From Torpedo marmorata (lineage: Eukaryota), in the NCBI GenBank assembly GCA_977017645.1, contig OZ360235.1:19034001-19098000 (forward strand): 64,000 nucleotides of DNA, given 5' to 3'. This document shows positions 11,300 through 23,404 of this stretch, in pieces. Under the pieces are notes generated by a model that saw nothing but the letters and a program-made list of their open reading frames with translations, was not told the DNA's origin and ran no database searches. The position numbers and the translations under genes are program-made. Numbering within the stretch: the first letter of the stretch is position 1; every line of letters starts with the position of its first letter.

Positions 11300-12738
11300 A
11301 TGCCATGACTAGTGTGACTACATTATGGCCTGAAATCTTCATGCATCGACAAGCCATGCATTCACACACGAACAATTTAATGTCATGTTAAGCATTATAA
11401 TGATAAGTAAATGCTGACAATACTTAGCAACTGATTTTACACCACAATTCAACAATGTGTTGAATAAGAAATGCATGCTACATGTTTGAATTTGTCAGCT
11501 CTTCAAATATACTTTCTTATAAAATATTCAAGCTTTTAAAACCAAACCTCTTGATTCTTACCTTCAATGATGTTCTTTTCATTCTGATTGGGATTCTGAA
11601 CTTGCAAAACTCTAACTTTGCTATCCTTATAAAAAAAAGATATATTTTTAAATGTGTGATATATTAAGTGCATAACACAATGCAGCTAATTCTAATATCT
11701 TTTTATTTTATAACCTGTTTTTCCCCTCTTCCCCCAAGAACTCCAGATATGTGATGAAGTTAATGTAGTACAAGGGAAAAGGTCTCATTTTATCGGGTAA
11801 TAAATTTACACAAAGATTTACTGGTCATAGATAATCAATGATGTAATTCCATCCAACAGTGTTGAAGGAGAATTATGGCCTCAAATGTAATTAATCCCTG
11901 TCTTCTCCCCACCATACAGCAGAAAATCACTGGAAGGGTTTAAAATGAAGAGGGTTTTTTTTTTGCTTCATCAAGCTGAATGCAATCTTAAACTACAAAT
12001 GGGAACATTCCCCACACTTCCCAAAGGCAGAGGGATCCTCTTCAAAGATGCTGATTAACTGCCGTTAACAAGCATGGATTTGGTAGAGCTGTACAAGGTC
12101 ATAATTAGGTTGGTAATAACCACGGGAAGCTGCTCCCAGAAGGAGGTGTTCAGGAATCCTGGAATGATGATTTAAAAGTTTGGACAAAAGGCACATGAAG
12201 ATCTGGAAATAAATTTTGTTTGAAAATGCAATGAGTGCTTGCAATCTGGAACTCACTGGTAAGGTAGGATTTTTTTTTTTAAATCCAGTATCAAATGGGC
12301 TCGGAATTCTTCCTCAGGCACCAAAAAGAAGCTTGGCTTCCCCATCCATAGACTGTAATAAGCCATGTCCCTGATATGAACCATCAATTTACTTACCCTG
12401 TGCTGGGTATGGCTTCCTTATCATTGACCTCTTGTCACAATAAAGGCTGGAGAACTGATTTCTGTCAAGTGCCCAGAAATATTGAATGTGGAGTCAGCAA
12501 ATGGTTTGAGACCTCACTGTTTAAAAATTGACTGCTTACTTTTCCGGGTCTCCGCATGGCATCAAATTCAACCACAATGGGTCCCTCACGTCTTTTTTTA
12601 CGCTTGCTGAAAATATTGTTCCTTCCTTGGCTTTTCTTTGTTGATTGCAAAGTAGAAAAATCAATAGCTAATTTCTCACATTGGAGTGACTTGTGAAGCT
12701 AACAAAAGCTTCAGCAAAGAAGACCTTGTATCCAACTA

Positions 12739-12758
12739 AGAGAGAGAGAGAGAGAGAG
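12739..12758. repeat. (AG)n microsatellite
   Basis: About 10 AG units followed by an A run. Confidence 0.9.
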
Positions 12759-13085
12759 AAAAAAAAACATGTTTTTTTCAAGGTCCTGATCCACACTTTA
12801 CAAACTGACCTTGACTTTGTGGCACTTATTGTAGTGCTTTTGTTTCAGGCTTAATCATTCTGGCTTCATCATAATCGTAAACACTAACTCGCTGAGTAAG
12901 AATATAAAGCACTGCTATGCTTAATGTCTCTGCTGTTTTGACAGTGAATATTAATATAGAGTTGTGCGTGGAATATAGATCAGGGGAATCCAACACAGTG
13001 AGGATTGGATTTGAATTATAGTTTGTAAGGATACCTTTAAATTATACCTAATTGAATATAATCTTTTGACAATTTCTGTAGACAC

Positions 13086-13890
13086 TTCAAGATTCAATTT
13101 ATTGTCATAGTAATAAAACAGTGTCATATTACATGAAATTTCTTTTTGCCTGCTGCAAGGCAGACAGATTCGCCACCGGCAGAAACTGCCTAAGCGCCTA
13201 ATATTCCTTACAGTCAGAGAAAGAGAAGCAAAAGAGAGTCCCCCCAGAGTCACCGAGTGTCCGCAGATTCACCTCCAGCGCTTCTGCAGCCTCCGCAACC
13301 ACACAGAGTCCAGCCCAAACCATCGGCAACCCGAGCTCCAGATCCGAACCTCCGACACGGTCAGGAACCATTCGGTGCCCTCGGCACCCCCTCGCATCCC
13401 GGTTCCGATACCTGGTACTCCTCCAGCCAGTTCGAGCTAGTCTCCAGCAGTCCGCAGCCCGGCGCGAGTCTCCTGACAGCAGTCTCCAGCAGCCCACAGC
13501 CTCCGTGGGTTCCTCGCCTCGAGTCGCCAGCAGCCCGCCGCATGCACTGGTCCTTCAGCCTCAGAGCCCTTCACTGGTCCGCCGCCATGGTCACTGTCCC
13601 GTGGGTCGTTTCCTCTGCTTCTCCTTCTCAGACGGGGGGGGTGATGTTTCTGTCTTCTGGTGCCCTACTCCAGTCCTCCGCTTCCCCGGAGTCTGCAGCA
13701 CCTCGTGGCTGCTGTCGATTAATAGGCGCTGCCATCTTGGGTGCAGACCCCACGGTCGCGGGATCTCAAACAAAACCACTGTCGGCTCCCTCAATGGGCC
13801 GTTCAAAGCCCGTGCGGAGCTGACAGCAGTCGACTGGGCGGCTGGACCCCGCGGGAGCGCTGCTTCTCCGCTCCCTTGCTCCCCGCGGAC
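13086..13890 (-). mobile_element. GC-rich non-coding retroposon, family X, copy 1
   Basis: Homologous to 14860-15648, 17870-18517 and 20214-20580. 3' end ATGACAATAAA followed by AATCTTG repeats. Confidence 0.75.
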
Positions 13891-13959
13891 ATTGACATTG
13901 TTTTACATTTATTGGTCGGTGCTGATATCCATCTCTTCTACTGAGCACAAATAGATTTA

Positions 13960-14612
13960 CAGAGTTCAGATTTATTGTCAGAGTACATACATGACATCAC
14001 ATACAACCCTGAGATTCTTTTTCCTGCGGGTGAGGCAGAATTACCACTTATTGGCAGTGCAACAAAAACTGACTCAACGTACACATGTAAACAAATAAAG
14101 AAATGTAAACAAACTGACTGCATACAGAGATAGAGAAAAAAATCAATAAAGTGCAAAAGTAAGAGTCCTTAAATGATTGAGTTTGTTGTTGAGGAGTCTG
14201 ATGGTGGAGGGGTAGCAGCTGTTCCTGAACCTGGTGGTTTGAGTATGGTGGCATCTATACCTCTTTCCTGATGGTAGCAGCGAGAACAGAGCATGTGCTG
14301 GGTGGTGTGGATCCTTGATGATTGCTGCTGCTCTCCGACGACAGCGTTTTCTGTAGATATTCTCGATGGTGGGGAGGGTTTTGCCTGTGATGTCCTGGGC
14401 TGTGTCCACTACCTTTTGGAGGGCTTTATTCTCAGGGGTATTGGTGTTCCCCTACCAGACCGTGATGCAGCCGGTCAGCACACTTTCCACCACACATCTG
14501 TAGGAATTTGCCAGGGTTTCTGATGTCATACCAAGCCTCAGCAAACTCCTGAGGAAGTAGAGGTGCTGACATGCTTTCTTCATGATGCCATTTGTGTGTT
14601 GGGTCCAGGAAA
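13960..14612 (-). mobile_element. Rex1/Babar-type LINE 3' fragment (family B)
   Basis: [23 protein letters not shown] motif. Tail GACAATAAATCTGAA. Confidence 0.85.
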
Positions 14613-14859
14613 CAAATAACTTTATCAATCACATTTGTACAGGTACTAATGACTAGAAATTAGATTCTACACACCTTTGCCATATGAAGCATATATAAAA
14701 TGTAAGACTAATGCTCTTGTGCAAAAAAAAATGGGCATAATACATTCGAAGAAGCAGTGTGGTATTTTGCACGTGGAATCATGAACTAATGTGGGGATCA
14801 TAGTTTCTGTTGGGATCATTAAGAAGTGGAATATGCCACACCAATGCCACTTTGTTCAG

Positions 14860-15648
14860 AAGATTTCAAGATTTCAAGATTATTTTATTGTCATGTAATA
14901 AAACAGCAAATGTGATATTACACGAAATTTCCTTTAGTCTACTGTAAGGCAGACAAAGATTCGCTATCAGCAGAAATTGCCCAGTGCCCCTTACAGCCGA
15001 GAAAAAGAAGCAAAAGAGAGTCCCCCTTGGTCACTGAATGTCCATGGCTTCACCTCCAGTGCTCCCGGAGCCTCCACAGCCAAAAAGCCTTCAGTCCAAA
15101 CCATCGGCAACCCGAGATCCAGATGCACAACTCTGATACGATCAGGAAGCCTCCAGCACCCTTTCGCATTCCGATACCTGGTACCCCTTCAGCCAGTCTC
15201 GAGCCAGTCTCCAGCCTGGTGTGAGTCCTTTGACCGCAGTCGCCAGCAGCCTGCATCCTACGCGGGTACCTCGCCTCGAGTCTGCCTGTGTGTTCTTCAG
15301 CCACAGAGCCCCTCATTGGTCGGCCGCCAAGGTCACCTTCCCTTGGGTCGTGTCCTCTGCTTCTCCTTCTCAAGTTGGGGGTGGTCTCTCTGTTTTCTGG
15401 TGCCCTGCGCCACTCCTCCGGTTCCCCGGAGTCTGCAACCCCTCGTGACTGCTGCCTATCTTAGACGCTGCCATCTTAAACCACCGTCGGCTCCCTTAAC
15501 AGGCAGTTTAAAGCCTGTACAGAGCTGACGGCAGTCAGACTGGGCAGTTGGACCCCATGGGGGAGCACTGAGACTTCGCTCCTCGCTCTCCGTGGGACCG
15601 CACCAGCAGCAGCGCTGCCGTTACAGCAGCTCCAGCAGCACCGCCATT
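14860..15648 (-). mobile_element. GC-rich non-coding retroposon, family X, copy 2 (longest 5' extent)
   Basis: Homology to the other X copies. (AATCTTGA)n tail. 5' end AAATGGCGGTGCTG. Confidence 0.75.
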
Positions 15649-15662
15649 TATTTATTTTTTAA

Positions 15663-16145
15663 GTAGGGGCAGGCCATTCATCATCTCAAGCCTGCTCTAC
15701 CTTTCAGTGAGATCATTGTTGTTTTTTTTTACCTCAGTGCCACTATCCTGCATTATGGGATTAATGGCTTTGAAACCCTTAGCATCCAAAAGCTTCTTGA
15801 TCTCTGCCTTGGATATACTGAGTGAATGGTCTGCCACAGCGCTCATGAGTAAAGGCATAATGACTCGCTACTCACTGAATAAAGAAATTTCTTCTCATCC
15901 CTTGAATGCTGGCTCCCTTATTTTGAGACAGTGACCCTGAGTTCAAGACATCACATCCAAGATAGATCATCTGTACATCTGTTGTTTTTTTAGAGATCAC
16001 CTCTCATTCTCCTAGACTCAAGAGAGTATATACAAAGGCACCTTGACCTCTCTTCATAGATCAATACACCATCCCTCTCCTCATTGCTGAATCAATATGG
16101 TGAACCTTCTCCGCTCATCCACTATTGCAAATATGTCCTACCCTA
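15663..16145 (-). mobile_element. Old CR1 LINE 3' fragment
   Basis: Degraded similarity to the CR1 3' ends at 25251 and 31048. Confidence 0.65.
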
Positions 16146-16881
16146 GGATCAATGGAAAGTACATCAGAGCTTAAAATATTCTTCATTTCCCATGGGAGAG
16201 CCACAGAACAAATGCAGAAGAGGCTTCAATGAAGGGGAGGGATTGTGCGTTTGTGTATATGTGAGGGGAAGGTGGTTGGCGTGATGGGGGTGGCAATTTG
16301 GCAACATCCTGTGCGTTTGAGCAGTCCTCACCTTGTAATCTGCCTGATCAACTCTTATGCTGCAAGTGCCCTCACCCGGTAAGAGCTCAGTGGTGGCAAC
16401 ACACTGCTCTGATGTGATTTGAAAAAAAAAGGTTGCGATCACTGGAGGGACAACCACTGATGTAATTTGCACGTTCTGGAGTATTGAAAACAGAGGCTCA
16501 GAGATAGTGCATGTAAGATGCCAATGTCACTGCGGACCATTTATTAACCATCTCATTGGCCTTCCTTGCTCAATCTGTTCCAAGTCTAAAAATTATAGGG
16601 TCATGCAACACAGAAGCCCCATCCATATACTAATACCACTTACCGACACTTGACCCTTCTATACCTTGGTGATTCAGGTGCTCATCTGCGTAGTTCTTTT
16701 GCAAGTGATCAACAAAGGTTCTAGGTTGCACCCACATGTCCAATTTATGCCAGGAGTGGAGAAAATGTGCAATGGTTGACATGAAACATGCTGGGATAAA
16801 GTCAGCCAAGCTAAGGTGATTCGGGAAATGTCTTGGGCAATTCCGAATGGGCACAAATTCAACCAGAAATAATTGTCAGCA

Positions 16882-17043
16882 TGCAATACACAAATGTGCT
16901 GGAGAAGCTCAGCTGGTCACGTAGCATCCATAGGCCCAGGCCTGAAACGTTGGTTACCCTTTACTTCCTTATGGATGCTGCGTGACCTGCTGAGTTTCTC
17001 CAGCACATTTGTGTATTGCACTTGAACCCAGCGTCAGCAGATG
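16882..17043. mobile_element. Penelope-type terminal repeat arranged as a short hairpin
   Basis: About 50-bp inverted arms (TGCAATACACAAATGTGCTGGAGAA...) around a GGCCTGAAACGTTGG motif. Confidence 0.65.
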
Positions 17044-17202
17044 TTTTTTTTAATTTTATTTAAAAATTTTAAATCACAAAATACATAAAATAAAATATGA
17101 AATTATCAAAATATTTGTGATACATTTTCACCCCCCCTCCCACCCTCCCCTCCCCGACCCTCCCAACCCCACTAATCTAATAAACTAATAAAAACTCCCA
17201 AC
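17044..17202 (-). mobile_element. L1-clade LINE 3' tail
   Basis: Poly-T plus sequence matching the 3' end of the L1 at 56877-57001. Confidence 0.75.
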
Positions 17203-17367
17203 AATAATTGTCAGCATGATCTAATGCAGATAAACCACTTCTATGTACAATTTGTGCATGAAAAGCAAGCATAAAAGGATCTAATTTCTCAAGAGGCCAC
17301 TGTTACTGCCATCTTTTATTCCACACAGAGTATTTGTACAGAAAATCTTGGTGTTCATCATCTATAT

Positions 17368-17611
17368 CAGGGGCGGGCAACCTTTTACCATTCGTGGGCC
17401 AGATGGTGTGTCAGTAGTTGAACGGCGGGCTGGGGGGTGGCGGTGGCAGTGCTGGATGGGTTGGGGGGGGTGGTGGCGGCGCTGGACGGGGGGGCAGATA
17501 AATTTGGATCGCGGGCCGCATCCGGCTAGGCAGGCCGGGTGAACATGGTAATTTCGCTTGGGTTCCAGGCCGGATACATTCGGATCGCAGGCCGTAGGTT
17601 GCCCACCTCTG
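17368..17611. mobile_element. hAT (Charlie-like) MITE
   Basis: TIRs CAGGGGCGGGCAACCT/AGGTTGCCCACCTCTG. Perfect 8-bp TSD ATCTATAT. Confidence 0.88.
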
Positions 17612-17869
17612 ATCTATATTAACAATTTAGATGGCATGATTAGCAAGTTTGCAGATTACTCCAAAATTGGTGGCGTGGCTGACAGTGAACAAGGATGTCT
17701 GAGGTTGCAGTAAATGTAGATCAAGTGGGAAAGTGGACAAAGGAATGGCAGATGAAGTTGAACTCAGACAAGTGCAAAGTGATGGAATTTGGAAGCTAAA
17801 CCAGCGTATGGCTTGTACAGTTTTTTCCCCCAGAGTAGGGGAGTCCAAACTAGAAAGCATTGGTTTAAG

Positions 17870-18517
17870 ACTCAAGATGGTGGTGCCTATGTTCAGCAGC
17901 GGCCTTGAGGGGTTGCAGATTCTGGGGAAGCAGACACCTGGTGCAGGGCACCAGAAAACGGGGAGACCCCCCCCTCCTCATTTGAGAAGGGAAAGCAGAG
18001 GAGGTAACCCTACGGGACGGTGACCACGGCAGCAGACCAGCGAGGAGCTCTGAGGCTGAAGAACATACAGGTGGTGGGCATTTGGTGACTCGAAGCAAGG
18101 AACCCTCGCAGGCTGCGGGCGACTGTGGACAAGGGACTCGCACCAGGCTGCGGACTGCAGGAGACTGACTCGAGACTGGATGAAGGTGTATCAGTTATTG
18201 GAACCGAGATGCGAGAGGGTGCCGAGGGTGCTGAGGGCTTCCTGATCGTGTCAAAGGTTTGGATCTGGAGCTCAGGTTGCCGATGGTTTGGACCGTAGTC
18301 TGTGTGGCTGCGGAGTCTGCGGGAGCGCTGAAGGCGAATCCATGGACACTCAGTGACTCTGGGGGAACTCTCTTTTGCTTCTCTTTCTCTGACTGTAAGG
18401 GGCCCCGGGCAATTTCTACTGATGGCGAATCTTTGTCTGCCTTACAGTAGACTAAAGGAAATTTCATGTACTGTAATATTACATGACAATAAAAGAATCT
18501 TGCATCTTGAATCTTGA
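17870..18517 (+). mobile_element. GC-rich non-coding retroposon, family X, copy 3
   Basis: Reverse complement of copies 1 and 2. Starts CTCAAGATGG and ends GACAATAAAAGAATCTTGCATCTTGAATCTTGA. Confidence 0.78.
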
Positions 18518-18549
18518 AAGAGTTGCCAGTGGAAATGGTAGAGGCAGTG

Positions 18550-18735
18550 TAAAGGTTCCATTTATTGTCACGTAGTACTACATTTAGAATGTAACATACA
18601 TGAAGAGTCGCTACTTTGTCCAGCGCCCCTCACAGAAACCTACAGCACCTGGTGTTCCTAGGCGGCCTCCCCTCCAAGTACTGACCAGACCTGTGCCTGC
18701 TTAGCTTCCGAGATCAGACAATCCCAGTCGTATTC
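18550..18735 (-). mobile_element. 5S rRNA-derived SINE (SINE3 type), copy 1
   Basis: 18636-18719 matches 5S rRNA from about nt 37 to 120 (GTCTGATCTCGGAAGCTAAGCAGG...GTGCTGTAGG). LINE-like tail and possible GTG TSD. Confidence 0.85.
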
Positions 18736-20213
18736 GTGCAATTACAATGCTTAAAAGACATTTGGACGGGTCCATTGTTAGGAAATGGTTAGATGGATAT
18801 GGGCTAAATGGAGGAAGCAGGACTGGTAAAGGTGGCCACTTGGCTGGCCTGGATGAGTTGGGCTGAAGGGCCTCTTTCAGTGCTGTATATCTATGATTAG
18901 GTTAAGGTTCAATCAGGATTTAGAACAAACATCAAATTATGAATATAGATCGACAAAACTGACATAACTTTATGAAGGCAGCTTTGTGTTGCTTAGAACG
19001 TTATGCCATGAAACATACATAGAATATAAAGGGTCTGCTGTTTTAGTTCTTCATTACGAATGCAATATGTCCATCGTCTGACACACATGAATTGCTTAAA
19101 ACGCTATATAAATGTGGTACAAAGCCCGGAGCTTCCTGACACCGGAACCTATCAATTACATTCAAAATTTAATGGTGGTTCTCAGGCAAGCATCTATAAA
19201 ATATCACTTTGAAGTGCACAATTGGAACAAGACTCTTCCACTCTAAGTGTTTATGGAGAGAGTATGTCCAGTAAGATTGATTTGGATCGTATAAATTAAC
19301 TTTGCTGACTTGTTATAATTCAGGTACTCCAAGAAGTTACAGAAAACTGCTTTGTATAATTATGTGAAATAGCAGATGACTCAAGACAGATTATCAATAT
19401 CTATGCATTGATATCCTTCATTTAAGGATTTATTTGAAAAGAAATTATTTGCAACTGCTTTGGTTATAAAATATTGCTGTATTGTTTCAAATTATATTCC
19501 TATAAAGATCATTTTAATTCTGATACACAGAATATTAAAACCTTTGGTAAGAAAATTTAATATGGTGTTAACATAAAATTTGAAACAAATGTGACTCAGT
19601 AATGAGTACTAGCCTATTACTATCCTATGCCCTTGGGGCCCAAGTTAACAGGCAGCTTGGAGAAAGCAATGAAAGTCATTTTTTACCAACAGCAATAAAG
19701 GTCACAGCTAATAGGGTTTTTGCAATCTCAGCTGAATTCTCATTGGATGCAAATACACAACATAAATCAGTCTCATATTTAACAGTAATTTAATTCAGCT
19801 TCAACCATGCATCCTCAATTCCAAGAGCATGTGAATGGTTGTTTGGAAGGAGTTGAGATGTGTGGTAAAAAAAAGAGGCAAATTACAGGTTCCAGTGATT
19901 TTTTTCAATAAAGTACCAATTTCCTACTTCATGTAAGGTGAAATTGTCATTCACCTGTATTGTACTACCACGTGGCACCTGAAGAAAAATATGATCAACA
20001 TTTAAAAAAGAAAACATTAAAATATTTGTAGAAAAATCCACTTCATGGCTTAAAATTTAAACAGTTCTTCTCAAATAAAGTGTGAAGAAATGAATTCAAT
20101 AAACAGTTCATGATTTTAATGCTATTCTCAAATAGTGTTTGTGACTTAATTGAATATCTTGCATATTGATGGATTTTGTTAAATGATTACTTTGTTTCCT
20201 GCACACATCAAAG

Positions 20214-20580
20214 TTATTGTCACGTAATAATACAATAAAAATGTAACATACGTGACACACTTTAACTTTTGTCTGCCACAGGCAAAGAGTCACCATTAGT
20301 ATTGCCGTTACAGTAAGAGAGAAAGAGAAGCAAAAGAGATTCCCTTCAGAGTCACTGAGTGTCCAAGGATACGCCTCCAGCCTCTACAGCCGCACAGACT
20401 CCTGTTCGATTCATCAACAACCCGATCTCTGGATCCAAACCTCCGACATGATCAGGAAGCCTTCAGCACCCGAGGCCCTTCTGGGAGCACTTCTTGCCCT
20501 CAGCATCCTCTCGAATCCCAGTTCCGATTACCTGGTTCTAATGAGCCAGTCTCCAGCAGCCTGTGCGGGTCCCCCGACCA
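20214..20580 (-). mobile_element. Family X, 5'-truncated copy 4
   Basis: Shares the GAGAAAGAGAAGCAAAAGAGA..CCC block with the other X copies. Tail is closest to the 5S SINE tail. Confidence 0.72.
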
Positions 20581-21539
20581 TATTATCACTATTAGAAATG
20601 TGTTTCTTTTTCAATGATAGCTCATACTAAAATTACTTTTTTACTTCAGGCGAATTGACTTTATCTAAACAAAACCTATAAATTGTCTGAAAATAAGGAG
20701 ATCACATTGCTTGAGGAATCATTCTTAATTTTCTGCATTCATTCTTTAACATTCACTTGCAAAATGTATTGCACTTTTCGATATCAAAATAAAAAGAAGC
20801 ATTCTTTATTAATAACACTTCCTAACAAATATCTACAATGTTCTGAGAAAATACTGCACACATTTATAATATGGTGGCTTTCATGCAGTGGCTATCACTT
20901 TTCCATTGTTCAAAATTCTTGACAAAGTTTCCGTGTTATCACCTGCCTTATTTAACAGCAATATTCCCTGTTGATGAAAAATGGGATTGAACTTTTGCAT
21001 TAACAAGTGCACCATGTTAATCACTCGGCTTAGAAATAAGGATGGAAGATATTCCTGTTCCTGACAGAAATATGAAACACTTGCCAAAAGAGGTGGAATA
21101 TAAGAAAGCAGAGGAAAGCTATAAGGCATAGACAGTGCTTTAGATAACTGGATACCAGATCCACATGAAAATTAAACCCTTGAAATGATAACACAAAAAT
21201 CTGGAGCTAAAAATAATCTGATGGAAAAACTCAGCAGGTCGAGCAGCAGCTGCAGAGGCACTTCCCTTTCAACTGTTTATTTTTTGCCCAGATTTTGAAG
21301 GGTTTTGCTGCTAGCTCCATAAAGCATTTTGCGGCATCAGTCTTGTGGTTCTTGCATAAACACATTCTTAGTTCATTGACCAATCTTCGCTGGCCATTTC
21401 TTGGCACCACTCCCCTTCGGGCCAATAAAGGAGCAGAATGTCACTGAGATCCCCCAACATTTACACAGGGAATCCTGTTCTCACATGCTTCACCAGCTTA
21501 GACCTGGCACAGGATCTCTCAGCTCATTAATTTTTCACT

Positions 21540-22003
21540 GACTGCAGACTTTCGTGTTTCACCAACCTTTCGGGCCTGAGCCCTTCTTCAAGGTATGAGC
21601 CTCACGGTATGTACTTGAAGAAGTGCTCAGGTCCAAAACATTGGTTATATATTCATTCATACCTTGAAGGAGGACTCTGGCCTGAAACGTTGGTTAAATA
21701 AAAGGGCGGCATGGTTAGCATAGCGGTTAACGCAACGCTGTTACAGCGCCAGCGACCCGGGTTCAAATCCGGCCCTGTCTGTAAGGAGTTTGTACGTTCT
21801 GCGTGGGTTTCCTCCGGGTGCTCTGGTTTCCTCTCACCCTTCAAAATGTACGGGGGATGTAGGTTAATTGGGGTATTTGGGCCGCATGGGCTTGTGGGCC
21901 GGAAGGGCCTGTTACCGTGCTGTATGTCTAAATTTAATTTTAATATCTTTACCTCCAATGGACGCTGCGTAACCTGCTGAGATTCTCCAGCATTTTTGTG
22001 TAT
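21540..22003. mobile_element. Cluster of Penelope-type terminal repeats, interrupted by a SINE
   Basis: Three TTGA(A)GAAGGG..CCCGAAAC-like motifs in mixed orientation. 3' part resumes at about 21943. Confidence 0.6.
21704..21942 (+). mobile_element. tRNA-derived V-SINE (HE1-like)
   Basis: A/B boxes (TAGCATAGCGG, GGTTCAAATCC). V-domain TGCGTGGGTTTCCTCCGGGTGCTC. Confidence 0.85.
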
Positions 22004-22217
22004 TTATAAACACATATGGGTAAAGTTTTGTTAATTTCTATATTAAGCAAATGTGGATGTCACTCACAATACCAGCACTTATTGACCATTCCTATTCACT
22101 CCTCAATTGAAGAGACAGTTATGTATCATCTACATTGGTGATTCTAAAGTTACATGAATGCCAAACCTGGAAGGATGACAGATTTCCCTCGAATGGGGAA
22201 CATTAGTGAATCAGTCA

Positions 22218-22570
22218 AGACTTTTACACAGCCGCTTCGTTCCGGGATATTTGCGGCTTTTTTATGCTACGCCTGCTGTGTAAAAAGCACCGACACGGAA
22301 TGGGGGGTCATTCCAGTCCCGGCTTTTTTCCGGCAGCAGACGAAGTAACAGCCCCGGAACGTCATCTGTGTAAAAGGCGAATCCGCCATTCCGGGACCAA
22401 CTCGGGTAAGGATGTGTATGTGTACCGTATTTATTTTAGTGTATTTACAGGTAAGCATTTAAAACCTGGACAAAACATGCAAGAAGGACAACAGGAAAAA
22501 TCTTTTTAATAATAATACCGCTGTCCCGCTCTCTCCCGATGGCCCGCAATTATACAGCAAAGGTAAAAGG
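22218..22570. mobile_element. Probable non-autonomous DNA transposon remnant
   Basis: CpG-rich island with inverted motifs CTTTTACACAG/CTGTGTAAAA(A)G. Ends and TSD not resolved. Confidence 0.35.
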
Positions 22571-23212
22571 CAGAGTCGATCTGGCTGACAGTGAGTAGTT
22601 CACTAGGGAATACCTGACCGGCAGGCACTTGGGGTTTAGCTCATCTCGGATGTCTATGCATGCTGCCATAAATGCAGAAGTCTGAAATGAGCTGTAGATG
22701 AAATGGCTGGAGCTGGAGATGAAATGAGCTGGTGGTGAAATAGTGAAGCCTCCTCGACTAGACTCATTGTTTCGTTAGGTGGGTGAAGCACTGATGTGTT
22801 GCTGGGAGGAGAATGAGAGATGATTTAAATCATAAGTACATAATTCATGGTCTTGATAGGACAGATGTGGGGTCCTTCAAACAGTCTTATGTCTAAACAG
22901 TCTTTCAAAATAGGGCTTGATCATTCATGAATAAGATAAAAAGTATGTATCAAAGGGTAGTGAATCTGGAACACTGCAGAAGGAGGGTGTGAATGCTCAG
23001 TTACTGAATGTATTCAAGGCAGTCACTTACAGTCACTGACAGACCCTCAGATATTAAGGGAGAGGAGATTAGTGTTAGGGAGTATCATTGTGATTAAAGA
23101 CCAGCCCCCACACTGATCCCACCGCCCTGCTCTCAGCTGTCCCCAGGTCTCTCTAGTCACCTTGTGCTGTGAGCAAGATGGTCTGTGGGTTTGTCCCCAA
23201 CGATCGATAGCG

Positions 23213-23404
23213 GTGATTAGTAAGGGATTACTTAAGGAGGTATGTGAGTGGAAAGAAAAAGTTTGAAAACCACTGTTTTAATCGTACCTAATTGACTCAT
23301 TATGTGCACGGTTTCATAACTCCAAAGGAAATGGGCCAATGACAATTTTTCTCAAGCAAAATATTTCAGTAACAATCGGGTCTAGAGCAGTGGTTCTCAA
23401 CTTT
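23213..23404 (-). mobile_element. Partial copy of compound hAT MITE
   Basis: Reverse complement of part of 34013-34388, including the 112-bp spacer. Confidence 0.8.

Larger units (their letters stand above)
17612..18897 (+). mobile_element. Old CR1 LINE fragment interrupted by later insertions
   Basis: ISKFAD-like region near 17640. CR1 3' end at 18520-18897, split by family X and a 5S SINE. Confidence 0.7.

Noticed and set aside
12396-12520. Possible minus-strand host exon with good acceptor and GTAAGT donor
   Set aside because: Stops occur in all three frames and there is no recognisable product.
13198-13954. Multiple overlapping ORFs in family X
   Set aside because: GC-rich chance frames that are not preserved between the four copies.
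18636-18719. Functional 5S rRNA gene (also 46593-46676)
   Set aside because: It lacks the first ~36 nt, is diverged, and is fused to a retroposon tail.
21704-21775. tRNA gene (also near 45000 and 62450)
   Set aside because: These are tRNA-like heads of V-SINEs that continue into the SINE body.
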